A DNA stretch of 64,000 bases from a bacterium (GCA_021815445.1 JAKAGM010000001.1:3447-67446); one strand, 5' to 3'; numbered from the stretch's first letter, positions 46,773 through 56,553 are shown. Translations and numbers: made by a program. The notes: a model not told the origin generated them from the sequence alone.

Positions 46773-47663
46773 ATGAACACACGCACGATTTTCATCGGAA
46801 CTATCGGCACATTCCGCGTCGAGATCCCGGTTATAGAAATAGGCTCAGGAGAGCCGAAAGGTTTGATTGTGGCCGTTCAACACGGGGGTGAGCTAAGCCC
46901 GTTATGGATTATCAAAGAACTTATCAACGCTCCCCCACGTTCGGGCGCCATGACGCTAATTCCCGTAGCAAATCCATTCGGATTCGTGTTTGGGGAGCGA
47001 AATGAGGTCATCGAACAGAAAGATCCGAACCGCCAATATCCGGGGAGGGCAAGCGGTGATTTCTCAGCCAGGATCGCGGATAAAATTTTTTCCCTGGCAA
47101 AGGAGGCTGACTTCGTTGTCGACCTGCACACGTTTACGCGCCAAGCTCCATTCCTTGTCGGCTATGAACGGGGCGGGATATCAGACGGTAACGATGTGGA
47201 AAAACTCATCCAACTGCTAGGGCCGGATGTCGTATGGACGGTTGATGAAAAGCAAGGAGAGGATAGGCGGTTTGCCGGAAGTTTTGACGGCGCTCTGGGG
47301 CGGGAGGGCGTCCCGTCGGTATTCATTGAAATGCCGAACTACCAGATGATTTCACAGGATCTCATTGTCCGTATCGCTTCCGGTATCAGAAACGTATTCG
47401 AAGGGTACTCGTCGCCTTTTCAAAAAGGGAAGGAGATCAAAAGGTTCTCGGCAAAGTATCTGTACGCGGATGATGCTGGGATCTTTGATCCGACGGTGAA
47501 ACCGCTTGAAACAGTTGTTGCGGGACAGGAGATTGGCACGCTTTATCTTCTGCCAAATTTCAAAAAGCAAAAGGTGATCACGCCCATCGGAGGGACGGTA
47601 CTCACGGTAAAAGGAAAGGATGTGATAAGGACAGGGACAAAACTTGCCAGTATCGGAGTGTAA
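46773..47663 (+). CDS. succinylglutamate desuccinylase/aspartoacylase (AstE/AspA) family zinc hydrolase
   Basis: VAVQHGGELSP (H-x-x-E zinc site) and DLHT second His region, typical of M14-like AstE/AspA deacylases. Confidence 0.7.
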   Translation: MNTRTIFIGTIGTFRVEIPVIEIGSGEPKGLIVAVQHGGELSPLWIIKELINAPPRSGAMTLIPVANPFGFVFGERNEVIEQKDPNRQYPGRASGDFSARIADKIFSLAKEADFVVDLHTFTRQAPFLVGYERGGISDGNDVEKLIQLLGPDVVWTVDEKQGEDRRFAGSFDGALGREGVPSVFIEMPNYQMISQDLIVRIASGIRNVFEGYSSPFQKGKEIKRFSAKYLYADDAGIFDPTVKPLETVVAGQEIGTLYLLPNFKKQKVITPIGGTVLTVKGKDVIRTGTKLASIGV

Positions 47664-47720
47664 ACCGCACGAAACAGAAAACAACAGAGAACGTTCACAA
47701 TTCACGAAAGGGGAGTGGTC

Positions 47721-49097
47721 ATGAGACCAACTCAAGAGCTGTTCAGCGATTTGCTGGCACAGGGATGCTCGTTTCGGTATCAGCCCGAGCGTTTCTGCGA
47801 ACTCGAAGGCGGAGGGCATCCGTATCCTTCACTCACACGTACAGTTTCCACACCTTCCGGCGACATGATCGAGGAGCTTATCCAGCCGGTGCTGCAACCG
47901 ATTGTCCTCGACCAACGTCTTGTCGCCAATGTACGGAAAGCTTCGGCGGCGTGGCCAACGTTTCTCGGGGTCCAACTCGAGCTTTTCCGCGCGGCGCAAA
48001 AAGGCGAGCTCAGCGGATCGGACGTCGCACTCATTAGGGGTATGTGCACCGAGCGGGAATGGAAGTGCGGACTCGTAGAGCCCGGCTACCGGACGATTCA
48101 CCCGTTTATCCGCCTGGACGCCGTGTTGACCGATGACGGTTTTAAAGTCATCGATATCAATTCGACGCGTCCGGCCGGCGTAGGGGACCTGCTCGGTTTC
48201 CACGTGGCGATGAACGGCAGTGATGGTTCGGGCATCAAACCGTTTCCCATCGGGTGCTCATTCAGCCGCATCGTGTCTTCGTGCGTGGGCGACTGGGCCT
48301 CGGCAAAACATCTGCCGGGCGAGTCGATTCCCGTTGATATTGTCGTGCGGCACACGGACGGTGACTGGAACAATTTCCGGAACCTGAGCCGCCAGCTGGC
48401 ACGTTCAGGCCTGAATACCCGGCTCATCGAACCAGATGAACTGAGGAGCGGAGAGCCAAGCGCCATTGTGCGGGGTCGCATCAAGGAAGGCGACCCGGCG
48501 TATGCCATCTTGCAGCAGGGTTACCCGAATGAGCGCTGCGTGATGTCTCCGCTCTATCGCCGTTTCCTCGGAAACAAAGTGTGGATGTATCTTTTCCGGA
48601 TTCCGCCGTTCTCCGAGCATTTCAAGCGGGTAATGGGCGAGGCATACCAGCTTTTTGACCGTCTGTTCCCGCCCATAGGGCTCTTTTCCGGCACCTCCGT
48701 TCGTTTCCCGGAAGGCTTCCTGGATATCGCGAAACTCGATCGGCAAGAATGGGTCCTCAAAGATCCGGCGAGCTCGTCAGGGCGCAGGATGTATCTCGGG
48801 TACCTGATGGGAAAGAAAAAATGGGCCGATGCGCTTGCGCAGATGCAGGACGGCTGGATCGTGCAGCGTTTCTACCGCGCGACCGAAAAACTTGCAGTTG
48901 CCGGTCCGTGTGGCGAGCCGATTGAAGAATCGCTCTTCACGAAGTACGGCATCTACATTTTCGGTTCGGAGCTTGCCGGACTGGAATTCAACGCCCGGAA
49001 AATGCCCGTTGTCCATGGTGCGCGGAATACATACTGCAACGCCGTGTACGAAACCGCAGGCCCCTCATCGTGCGCAGGAGAATTGGGGGCTCAATGA
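47721..49097 (+). CDS. ATP-grasp superfamily amidoligase, apparently circularly permuted
   Basis: FIRLDAVLTDDGFKVIDINSTRP (Mg-binding E/D-x-N segment) lies N-terminal to WVLKDPASSSGRRMYLG...WIVQRFY (nucleotide-binding loop), the reverse of the usual ATP-grasp order; SD AAAGGGGAG. Confidence 0.6.
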   Translation: MRPTQELFSDLLAQGCSFRYQPERFCELEGGGHPYPSLTRTVSTPSGDMIEELIQPVLQPIVLDQRLVANVRKASAAWPTFLGVQLELFRAAQKGELSGSDVALIRGMCTEREWKCGLVEPGYRTIHPFIRLDAVLTDDGFKVIDINSTRPAGVGDLLGFHVAMNGSDGSGIKPFPIGCSFSRIVSSCVGDWASAKHLPGESIPVDIVVRHTDGDWNNFRNLSRQLARSGLNTRLIEPDELRSGEPSAIVRGRIKEGDPAYAILQQGYPNERCVMSPLYRRFLGNKVWMYLFRIPPFSEHFKRVMGEAYQLFDRLFPPIGLFSGTSVRFPEGFLDIAKLDRQEWVLKDPASSSGRRMYLGYLMGKKKWADALAQMQDGWIVQRFYRATEKLAVAGPCGEPIEESLFTKYGIYIFGSELAGLEFNARKMPVVHGARNTYCNAVYETAGPSSCAGELGAQ

Positions 49098-49483
49098 TCC
49101 CCATGGTCAGCAAGTATTGGCTTGTCCGCGTTTGGGATATTAAAGATGTCCTGAGCGACTACGGGTTGACACCTGAGCAGACTGCGACTGTATGCGGTAC
49201 TATCGTGAACAACACGTGCATCCGCTTTACAATACAGTCGCAGTATCAGTGCGGAGTTGGCGAACCTCACGTAGTACCTTTTACCGGCGAGTACGTGGGT
49301 GTGTTTCCCGCCTTGATCCGATCGTCGCTCCTCGAGCACCATGTCATCCTCCGGCGATACAGGAGAATGATATTCCGACTCTGGAATCGGAAAGTCGCTA
49401 CTATGTATCTCGGGACGCTGGTGTGCGCGGAGCACTTTACGTACGTTAAGTCTATTCCCCTGGACTATTGGGGACCATGGTAA
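49094..49483 (+). CDS. hypothetical protein translationally coupled to the ATP-grasp gene
   Basis: ATGA start/stop overlap at 49094-49097; 129 aa ending ...PLDYWGPW. Confidence 0.45.
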   Translation: MIPMVSKYWLVRVWDIKDVLSDYGLTPEQTATVCGTIVNNTCIRFTIQSQYQCGVGEPHVVPFTGEYVGVFPALIRSSLLEHHVILRRYRRMIFRLWNRKVATMYLGTLVCAEHFTYVKSIPLDYWGPW

Positions 49484-49600
49484 CGCAAAGCAGAGTGGCA
49501 GTGGAACCTGATCGAAAGATTTGGGTCTGTAAGATCAGTAGGTTCCTCTGCACACTCTGCAGAATGCAGGCTAGGCGATCCGTCTCGGATTGTCAAGCCG

Positions 49601-49637
49601 ACAGGCAGAGCTTTTTTGAGCTATCTGCCTGTTTTTC
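49601..49637 (+). terminator. rho-independent terminator closing the 44.9-49.5 kb cluster
   Basis: ACAGGCAGA-(14 nt)-TCTGCCTGT followed by TTTTT. Confidence 0.6.
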
Positions 49638-49666
49638 TTGACAACTTTTTACACGCAGTATACAGT
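49638..49666 (+). promoter_or_regulatory. candidate promoter of the argS leader
   Basis: TTGACA, 17 nt, TACAGT. Confidence 0.4.
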
Positions 49667-49683
49667 GCTCACAAACGCAGATT

Positions 49684-49745
49684 CCCCCCGTAGTGCAGTC
49701 TGGTAGCACGCTCGGTTCGGGACCGAGAAGTCGCTAGTTCTCCGC
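49684..49745 (+). pseudogene. tRNA-Pro(CGG)-like fragment (D-arm plus anticodon arm, no acceptor or T-arm)
   Basis: GUAGUGCAGUCUGGUAGCAC (D-arm) plus GCUCGG-UUCGGGA-CCGAG (anticodon arm with CGG) closely resemble bacterial tRNA-Pro; downstream sequence does not form a T-arm or acceptor stem. Confidence 0.35.
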
Positions 49746-49883
49746 CACCTAAATATCCAAAGAGGCGGATCCGCCTCTGGCGGAAAATCCGGCTGGTGGC
49801 CCTCACTTTTTTCCCAATGATCGTTGCAGGACGGTCTTTTTTTCTTACCTCTTTCTCGATTCCTTGATATACTGTACACATCT

Positions 49884-51536
49884 ATGACGCTCAAAGGATT
49901 GATAGCGAGACAACTCACCAAAGATATTCTGGCGCTCTGGCCGGATGCTCGAGAAGCCCTCGAACAGGGTTCCTTTGTTGTTGATATCAGCTATCCGCCC
50001 GATTCGAAGTTCGGCCACTATACCACGAACATTGCCCTCCGGCTTAGCGCTGTTGCTAAAATGGCTCCCCAGGAGACTGCAAAAAAGATTGCTGATCGCT
50101 TCTCGCTTCCCGCTGTGCAAAAAACCGAGGTGGCGGGCCCCGGCTTCGTGAACTTTTTCCTCAAAGAATCCTGGCTTTCACGCCAGCCGGAAAAGATTAT
50201 CAAGGAAAAGAAAGCATTCGGTAAAAGCGTGCTCGGCAAAGGCCAGCGCGTTGACGTCGAGTTCATCTCAGCCAACCCCACGGGTCCGCTGACGCTCGGC
50301 AATGGCAGGGGAGCATTCATGGGCGATACATTGGCAAACGTTCTCTCGGCCGCAGGATATGTCGTGAAGCGGGATTATTATGTCAACGACATGGGCAACC
50401 AGGTCAATATCCTCGCAGAATCAGTCCTGCGCAGGTATTGGATTTCTCAGGGCATCCGCATGGAATATCCCGCATACTGTTATCAGGGGGAGTACATCGA
50501 CGATATAGCAAAAAGCCTCTACCTCCCAAATTACAATCTGGGGAAAACGTCGCTTTCCGACATTCGGGACAAGATCAAGGGGAGAATCCTCAAGCGAATG
50601 CTTGGCGGTATCCAACGTTTTGTCACGAAGCGGCTCGGGATCAAGTTCGATATGTGGTTTTCTGAACGGAGCCTCTATGTCTCGGGAAAAATGGACAAGA
50701 TGCTCGACACGCTCCGCTCGCTCGACCTCATTTTTGAGAAGGAAGATGCGATCTGGTTCCGTACGACTCAGTTCGGCGACGACAAAGACCGCGTATTGAT
50801 CCGCGCTAACAGCGAACCGACATATTTTCTCCCAGACATTGCCTACCATCACGATAAGTTCACCCGGAGGAAATTCAACAGAGTGATTAACTTCCTCGGC
50901 GCCGACCACGCGGGGTACGCGCCGAGACTGCAGGCGGCTATGAAGGCGCTCGGGCACGGCGGCAAGCTGGATATTATCGTATTCCAGCTCGTGAAGCTTA
51001 TCTCCGGCGGCAAGGAGGTCCGCATGTCGAAACGCAAAGGCATGTTTGTCACTTTCGAGGAGCTTATCGACGATGTGGGGCCTGATGCGGCGCGATACTT
51101 TTTCCTCATGCACGCGCCGAACACGCACATGGACTTCGATCTTGATTTAGCCAAGAAAAAAACGCAGGATAATCCCGTGTATTACGTCCAGTATGCTCAC
51201 GCGCGTATTTGTAGTATACTCAGGAATGCGAAAGGACTGCCGGTACTTCAAAAAGCAACGGTGGAAAGCAGCGTCCACCCAAGCCAGTTCAATCTGATGG
51301 TCAAACTTGCCCAGTGGCCTGAGATAGTCGAAGATATCGCCCAGACCTATGCGATGCACCAGCTGCCCACGTACGCGTATGAGCTTGCAACCCTTTTCCA
51401 TGAGTTTTATACTCATGTACGCGTGATTGACCAGGGTGCTGTAGCGAAAATGCCTTTTGAGCTTATCCAAGCAGCAAAAATCGTGCTCGCCAACGTGCTT
51501 ACCATGATGGGCATTTCAGCGCCTGAAAAAATGTAA
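49884..51536 (+). CDS. argS: arginine--tRNA ligase
   Basis: SANPTGPLTLGNGRG (HIGH-region equivalent), RMSKRKG (KMSKS), DALR anticodon-binding C-terminus; start at the ATG with a typical ArgRS N-terminus. Confidence 0.9.
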   Translation: MTLKGLIARQLTKDILALWPDAREALEQGSFVVDISYPPDSKFGHYTTNIALRLSAVAKMAPQETAKKIADRFSLPAVQKTEVAGPGFVNFFLKESWLSRQPEKIIKEKKAFGKSVLGKGQRVDVEFISANPTGPLTLGNGRGAFMGDTLANVLSAAGYVVKRDYYVNDMGNQVNILAESVLRRYWISQGIRMEYPAYCYQGEYIDDIAKSLYLPNYNLGKTSLSDIRDKIKGRILKRMLGGIQRFVTKRLGIKFDMWFSERSLYVSGKMDKMLDTLRSLDLIFEKEDAIWFRTTQFGDDKDRVLIRANSEPTYFLPDIAYHHDKFTRRKFNRVINFLGADHAGYAPRLQAAMKALGHGGKLDIIVFQLVKLISGGKEVRMSKRKGMFVTFEELIDDVGPDAARYFFLMHAPNTHMDFDLDLAKKKTQDNPVYYVQYAHARICSILRNAKGLPVLQKATVESSVHPSQFNLMVKLAQWPEIVEDIAQTYAMHQLPTYAYELATLFHEFYTHVRVIDQGAVAKMPFELIQAAKIVLANVLTMMGISAPEKM

Positions 51537-51611
51537 ATAATCTGTAGGTGCAGAGCTTGCTCTGCGAGATGGCATTCAGGCGAGCAAGCTCGCCACCTAC
51601 GCGCCTATACT

Positions 51612-52751
51612 ATGAAAATAGGTATCGACAGCCGAACAATTCTGAATCCCGCATCCGGCGAGCGCGCCGGGGTGGGGCATTATACCTATTATTTAGTTAA
51701 AAACCTCCTCAAGATAGACACAAAGAACCAGTACGTGTTGTTTTTTGACTATCGCACGCAAAACACGAATGAGTTTCGCCAGAAGAACGTAATCATCCGC
51801 CACTTCCCGTTTTCGCAATACAAGTCATTCCTGCCTTTTGCGTATTCACACATGCTCATCTCAGCGTATCTGGTGAAATTCGGACTCGACGTGTACCATT
51901 CGCCGATCACCGCCTTGCCGCTGACCTATCCCCGGAAATCAGTCGTCACTGTCCACGACCTCGCTATTTACAAGAACCCGGGCTGGTTTCCTTCGCAGAT
52001 TTTTTCCACGAGACTCCTTGTCCCGCAGGCTTTGCGTAGCGCCGATAAGATTATCGCCGTGTCGGAGAGCACAAAAAAAGATCTCAAAGAACTCTTTAAC
52101 GTTTCAGACAAGAAAATCAGCGTGATATACGAGGGCGTCCGCGTCGAAAAGATACGCTTAAAGAAGCAGAAAGAAAACATTGCCAGGTTTAAGCTGGGCC
52201 CCAAGTTTATCCTTTTTATCGGCACGCTCGAACCGCGAAAAAATCTCGTGACACTTGTGCGTGCGTATAAGAAGCTCCTCACTTGGCACAAAGAATTTGT
52301 CAGGTACCCGCTGGTCATCGCCGGTCATCCCGCGTATAAATCGGAAGAGGTGTACGACGAAGTGAAGGAACTAAAGCTCGGCAAGCTCGTCAAGTTCATT
52401 GGATATATTACGCACAATGAGAAAGTAGACCTCCTCAAAGCGTGTTCCTGTTTCATTAATCCCTCAAGTTATGAGGGATTCGGACTGACGCTGGTCGAGG
52501 CAATGGCGCTGGGAGCTCCCGTCATCACGAGCGGCATTTCCTCAATGCCCGAGATTGTCGGCAAGGCCGGCGTGCTAATTGACCCTGAAAAAGAATACGA
52601 GATTGCCGCGGCGATGAAAGAAGTTCTTTCGAACACCCGTCTGCGGAGCAAGCTCAAAAAGCTCGGCATCGAGCAGGCGGCAAAGTTCTCTTGGGAAAAA
52701 TGCGCACGCCAGACACTCGCCGTCTACAAGGACGCGGGGAAGAAAAAGTAA
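51612..52751 (+). CDS. glycosyltransferase family 4 (GT-B, group 1)
   Basis: EGFGLTLVEAMALGAPVITS C-terminal nucleotide-sugar-binding motif. Confidence 0.8.
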   Translation: MKIGIDSRTILNPASGERAGVGHYTYYLVKNLLKIDTKNQYVLFFDYRTQNTNEFRQKNVIIRHFPFSQYKSFLPFAYSHMLISAYLVKFGLDVYHSPITALPLTYPRKSVVTVHDLAIYKNPGWFPSQIFSTRLLVPQALRSADKIIAVSESTKKDLKELFNVSDKKISVIYEGVRVEKIRLKKQKENIARFKLGPKFILFIGTLEPRKNLVTLVRAYKKLLTWHKEFVRYPLVIAGHPAYKSEEVYDEVKELKLGKLVKFIGYITHNEKVDLLKACSCFINPSSYEGFGLTLVEAMALGAPVITSGISSMPEIVGKAGVLIDPEKEYEIAAAMKEVLSNTRLRSKLKKLGIEQAAKFSWEKCARQTLAVYKDAGKKK

Positions 52752-52847
52752 CTGGAATTGCGCAGGCGTGATGTTTAGTCCATTGTTCAAAAACTATGGG
52801 GTTAGTTTGGTATGGTATACTAGAAATAAGAGGATAAAAAACTTCCT

Positions 52848-53468
52848 ATGAGCGCCGACCAACTCAGGTCAACGTACAACACCATCGCAGCCGACTACCA
52901 CAAGGAACACATCACAGATGCCTGGAACAATGATTACATCGTGCTTTTTTGCTCGTTATTACCCGCAGGTGCGCATGTCCTTGACCTAGGGTGCGGGCCG
53001 GGCACTGACACGAGTACATTGGTGAATGCAGGGTTCAAGCTGGACGGATTTGACCTTTCAGATGAACTCTTAGCTATTGCGAGAACAAAAAATCCCTCCG
53101 TGGCATTTACACAGGGAGACATGCGCAAACTACCCTATACGCCAGGTATGTTTGATGGTGTTTTTGCTAAAGCATCGCTCCTCCATATCCCAAAGAAAGA
53201 ACTTCCTGCAGTCCTCCAAGAAATTTGGAGAGTCCTGAAGCCAGGTGGAATAGTGCAGATCTCGGTAAAGAAAGGAGAAGGGGAAAGCGAGCTCACCGAA
53301 GACGACTACGGGTATTCCTACACACGTTTTTTTGCCTACTGGACGAGTGAAGAAATGCGGTCAGCATTGAATCTTGCGGGGTTCAGCGTCGAACATGGCA
53401 CGGAGACTCCGATACCAGGCAAAAAGACTGTCTGGATCAAGCTGGTTGCTAGGAAAAAAGCGGGATAA
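52848..53468 (+). CDS. class I SAM-dependent methyltransferase
   Basis: VLDLGCGPGTDT motif I. Confidence 0.7.
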   Translation: MSADQLRSTYNTIAADYHKEHITDAWNNDYIVLFCSLLPAGAHVLDLGCGPGTDTSTLVNAGFKLDGFDLSDELLAIARTKNPSVAFTQGDMRKLPYTPGMFDGVFAKASLLHIPKKELPAVLQEIWRVLKPGGIVQISVKKGEGESELTEDDYGYSYTRFFAYWTSEEMRSALNLAGFSVEHGTETPIPGKKTVWIKLVARKKAG

Positions 53469-53469
53469 C

Positions 53470-54009
53470 ATGCTCACCATCATTTTCGAATCTCACGGTA
53501 CGACGTTAGACAATGAGGCCGGCCTTTCCTCGGGTATTTTTGACGTACAATTGTCTGAGCTTGGCAAACGCCAGGCGCGGGAGTTGGGCGACCGGTACCG
53601 CACCACCGACCTCGCCGCTGTCTATTGTTCAGATTTACAACGCTCGTATAAGACTGCCGAAATAGCGTTCAAAGGAAAGAGCATCCCTATCATCCATGAT
53701 GCGCGGCTCCGCGAGTGCGATTACGGAACGTTCACACGGCGTTCGGTCAAAGAGGTTGAAGCACTCAGGGGCGCTCATGTCCATAACCCGTTTCCCAATG
53801 GAGAAAGCTATGAACAGACGACGGCTCGAATGAAAGATTTCTTACGCGACGCGTTGCGCGCCTATGACGGCAAGACAGTCATGATTATCGGTCACCGGGC
53901 GACCCAGTACGGACTTGAACATTGGATTCGCCAAGTTCCTCTGGAAGAAGCTGTCATCGCGTCATGGAAGTGGCAACCTGGGTGGACGTATCAGCTTGAA
54001 GAAATTTAG
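53470..54009 (+). CDS. histidine phosphatase (phosphoglycerate-mutase-like) family protein
   Basis: ESHGTTLDNE (RHG-like catalytic His near the N-terminus) and a second H in IIGHRAT. Confidence 0.7.
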   Translation: MLTIIFESHGTTLDNEAGLSSGIFDVQLSELGKRQARELGDRYRTTDLAAVYCSDLQRSYKTAEIAFKGKSIPIIHDARLRECDYGTFTRRSVKEVEALRGAHVHNPFPNGESYEQTTARMKDFLRDALRAYDGKTVMIIGHRATQYGLEHWIRQVPLEEAVIASWKWQPGWTYQLEEI

Positions 54010-54122
54010 CGCAGGCCCGCTTCGCCGGATTTCAGCGAGGCGAGCAGAGCCGCCTGCGCTACGTGGTTAAAATAACCGAGCGCGCCCGGCCCTGGGTGCG
54101 CGAGAAAAAATAAGGACAAGAC

Positions 54123-55112
54123 CTAGGAAATAGTTTTTACCAATAAATAGACAGCACCTCCGACGAGCGCGGCGCCGGGGATAGTAAGAAGCCAGGCCCA
54201 GACAATCCTCACCGTAATATCCCATCTCACCGCGGAGATCCGTTTTGCCGCGCCCACTCCGGAAATGGCGCCGGTGATGACGTGCGTCGTGCTGACCGGC
54301 GCGCCGAGAGCAGTGGCGACAAAAATGCTTATCGCGCTCGCGGTCTCGGCGCAGAATCCGTCTAGCGGCCGCAGCTTGGTAATTTTCTGTCCCATCGTTT
54401 TCACGATGCGCCAGCCTCCCGAGAGTGTACCGAGTGCGATAGCCGTGTGAGCACTGAGAACAACCCATAGCGGGACGTGGAAACTTTTGAGAAATCCAGC
54501 TGTGACAAGAAGGCTCGTGATGATACCCATGGTTTTTTGCGCATCATTCCCGCCGTGGCCTAAACTGTAGAGCGCGGCGGAAACCAGCTGGAATCGCCGG
54601 GACCATTTCGTGATGACCGCGGGACGCCTGTTCCGCACCATCCACATCGTGATAACCATAAAGAGGAGGCCCAGAACGAGGCCAATGCCCGGCGCCAGGA
54701 CAAGGAAAACCAGCGTTTTTATCCACCCGCTGGCAATAATAACGCCGAATCCGCCTTTTACGATAGCCGCTCCCGCGTATCCTCCTATCAACGCGTGGGA
54801 TGAGCTTGTCGGGAGCCCGAGATACCAGGTGAAAAGGTTCCAACTGATCGCGCCAAGGAGCCCGCCGAAGATGACCTTAGGCGTGACGAGGGAGATATCA
54901 ATAAGTCCCTTGCCTATTGTCGCCGCGACGGCAGTGCCGAAGATAAGAAAAGCGACGAAATTGAAAAATGCCGCCCACGCGACAGCCTGCCGGGGGGTGA
55001 GGACGCGCGTGGAGACAATTGTAGCTATCGAGTTCGCCGCATCGTGGAGGCCGTTTGTGTAATCAAACGCTAGCGCGATCAGGATGATGATGACCACGAA
55101 GATGAGGTTCAT
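54123..55112 (-). CDS. pitA: inorganic phosphate transporter, PiT family
   Basis: GLHDAANSIAT and GGNDAQKTMGII repeats of the PHO4 domain. Confidence 0.85.
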   Translation of the reverse strand: MNLIFVVIIILIALAFDYTNGLHDAANSIATIVSTRVLTPRQAVAWAAFFNFVAFLIFGTAVAATIGKGLIDISLVTPKVIFGGLLGAISWNLFTWYLGLPTSSSHALIGGYAGAAIVKGGFGVIIASGWIKTLVFLVLAPGIGLVLGLLFMVITMWMVRNRRPAVITKWSRRFQLVSAALYSLGHGGNDAQKTMGIITSLLVTAGFLKSFHVPLWVVLSAHTAIALGTLSGGWRIVKTMGQKITKLRPLDGFCAETASAISIFVATALGAPVSTTHVITGAISGVGAAKRISAVRWDITVRIVWAWLLTIPGAALVGGAVYLLVKTIS

Positions 55113-55128
55113 GCTCGTTGTCGCTCCG

Positions 55129-55755
55129 CTACGCTGTCTTAATTACGATGCCCTCAATAACGTTCGCCACATCCTCGCAGCGGTCTGACGCAATCTCGAG
55201 CCGACCGTAGATTTCTTTGAGCCTGATCAGGTCTTTCAACTGCTCTACCGTTTCCGCATGTTCAAAAAGGGAAGCTGTTGCAGACTGACAGATGAGGTCG
55301 GCCCGGTTTTCAAGCGTGTTGATCTCCTCGCAAAACGAGTGGACGTGTTCAAGCGTTTTGAGCCGGGCAATCGCCTCGTAAATCTGGCATACCGCCTTGT
55401 TGATTATCGTTACGAGTTCTACCAGCTGGGGTGTCGGCTCTTTGATGCCAAAAAAATTCAGTCTGCTCGCCACTCCCTCAATGCAGTCGAGCACATCGTC
55501 GAGTCCGCTGGCAAGCTCGTGGATATCTTCCCGGTCAAACGGGGTGATAAACGTTTCGCGCAGACGGGTAAAAATATCATGGGTGATGGCGTCCCCCTCG
55601 TGCTCGATGTGTTCGATTTTCCTATATTTTTTCTCGATGTCGACATAGTTGTTCACCATCTCGTCGAGCGCTTCAATCCCTTCTTTGACTTTATTCGCTT
55701 GCAATTTAAAAAGCTCAAAGAATTTTTCCTCCTTTGGCAAAAGATTAAATTTCAT
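55129..55755 (-). CDS. DUF47 (PhoU-like/YkaA) phosphate-transport regulator partner of PitA
   Basis: 208-aa helical protein upstream of and co-oriented with pitA, the classical pairing. Confidence 0.75.
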   Translation of the reverse strand: MKFNLLPKEEKFFELFKLQANKVKEGIEALDEMVNNYVDIEKKYRKIEHIEHEGDAITHDIFTRLRETFITPFDREDIHELASGLDDVLDCIEGVASRLNFFGIKEPTPQLVELVTIINKAVCQIYEAIARLKTLEHVHSFCEEINTLENRADLICQSATASLFEHAETVEQLKDLIRLKEIYGRLEIASDRCEDVANVIEGIVIKTA

Positions 55756-55845
55756 AGGTGCCCGAGAATATTGAATAATTCTACATTCTTTATATCATAC
55801 TTTTTGACCTCAGGTCAAAGCAAAAAAAGAACCTCACCAGGAGGT

Positions 55846-56343
55846 TCATGGCCAAGGTTCGATGTGTTCGGGAAGCTCAGTAACTTCTTCGAGATGATAC
55901 CAGAGAATTGTTTTCTCGCTGGTATTGTCGAGATGAAAATGTCCGACGAATCGCTCACCGAGCAGGAGCATAGGCAGGAAGTAGCTGTCGTTCGACCACA
56001 TGTCCGGGTAAGGGATTCCGTCGAGGGAAAACCAGCCAGGAATCATCTCGTCGGTCTCGCGGGGTTCACCGGAGAATTCCCGGCTCGAGAACACGTGGAG
56101 CTCGACTTCGAGCGGACTCTCGGCGTAGGTGATGAGTACCACGCCGTGCTTTGTGAGATTCCGGGGGCGTATTCCGCTTTCGTCGAATGTCTCACGCACT
56201 GCTGTCTGTTCGATAGTCTCGCCGCTTTCATTGTGGCCTCCGTACCCCGTCCAGAGACCGGCTCCAAGGCGGACTTTCTTATGTCCCAGCAAAATGTGCG
56301 TCTCCGTGAGGAGGAAGCACAGTGTCATTGCAGTTGGCGGCAT
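55846..56343 (-). CDS. NUDIX hydrolase
   Basis: NUDIX box GYGGHNESGETIEQTAVRETFDESGI. Confidence 0.7.
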   Translation of the reverse strand: MPPTAMTLCFLLTETHILLGHKKVRLGAGLWTGYGGHNESGETIEQTAVRETFDESGIRPRNLTKHGVVLITYAESPLEVELHVFSSREFSGEPRETDEMIPGWFSLDGIPYPDMWSNDSYFLPMLLLGERFVGHFHLDNTSEKTILWYHLEEVTELPEHIEPWP

Positions 56344-56445
56344 GCACCCTCCTTTTCAGAGAATTGTGTGATGGATCTTTATAAAGATCAAATCGTACAG
56401 GTTCTTTTAACCACGGGCTGGAGAATGTGTCAATATCTTCCTTTT

Positions 56446-56520
56446 TCGTAGCAAGGACCTTTAGGTCCGACGCCCCAACTACATTGTTGCTGTGGGTCTA
56501 AAGACCCTTGCTACACAGTC
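56446..56520. promoter_or_regulatory. paired 14-bp palindromes GGACCTTTAGGTCC / GGGTCTAAAGACCC flanked by inverted GCAAGG...CCTTGC
   Basis: lies in the divergent NUDIX/ileS intergenic region; a related copy GGACCTTTAGGTTC occurs at 62481-62494. Confidence 0.35.
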
Positions 56521-56553
56521 GATGTTCCGCTACACTGAGTGTACTTCCCTGAT

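Noticed and set aside
56344-56553. T-box riboswitch upstream of ileS (and of argS at 49670-49883)
   Set aside because: I searched by eye for the T-box consensus (AAUUAGGGUGGNACCGCG) and a specifier/antiterminator arrangement and found none. The ileS region instead shows paired palindromes, and the argS leader a tRNA-like fragment.
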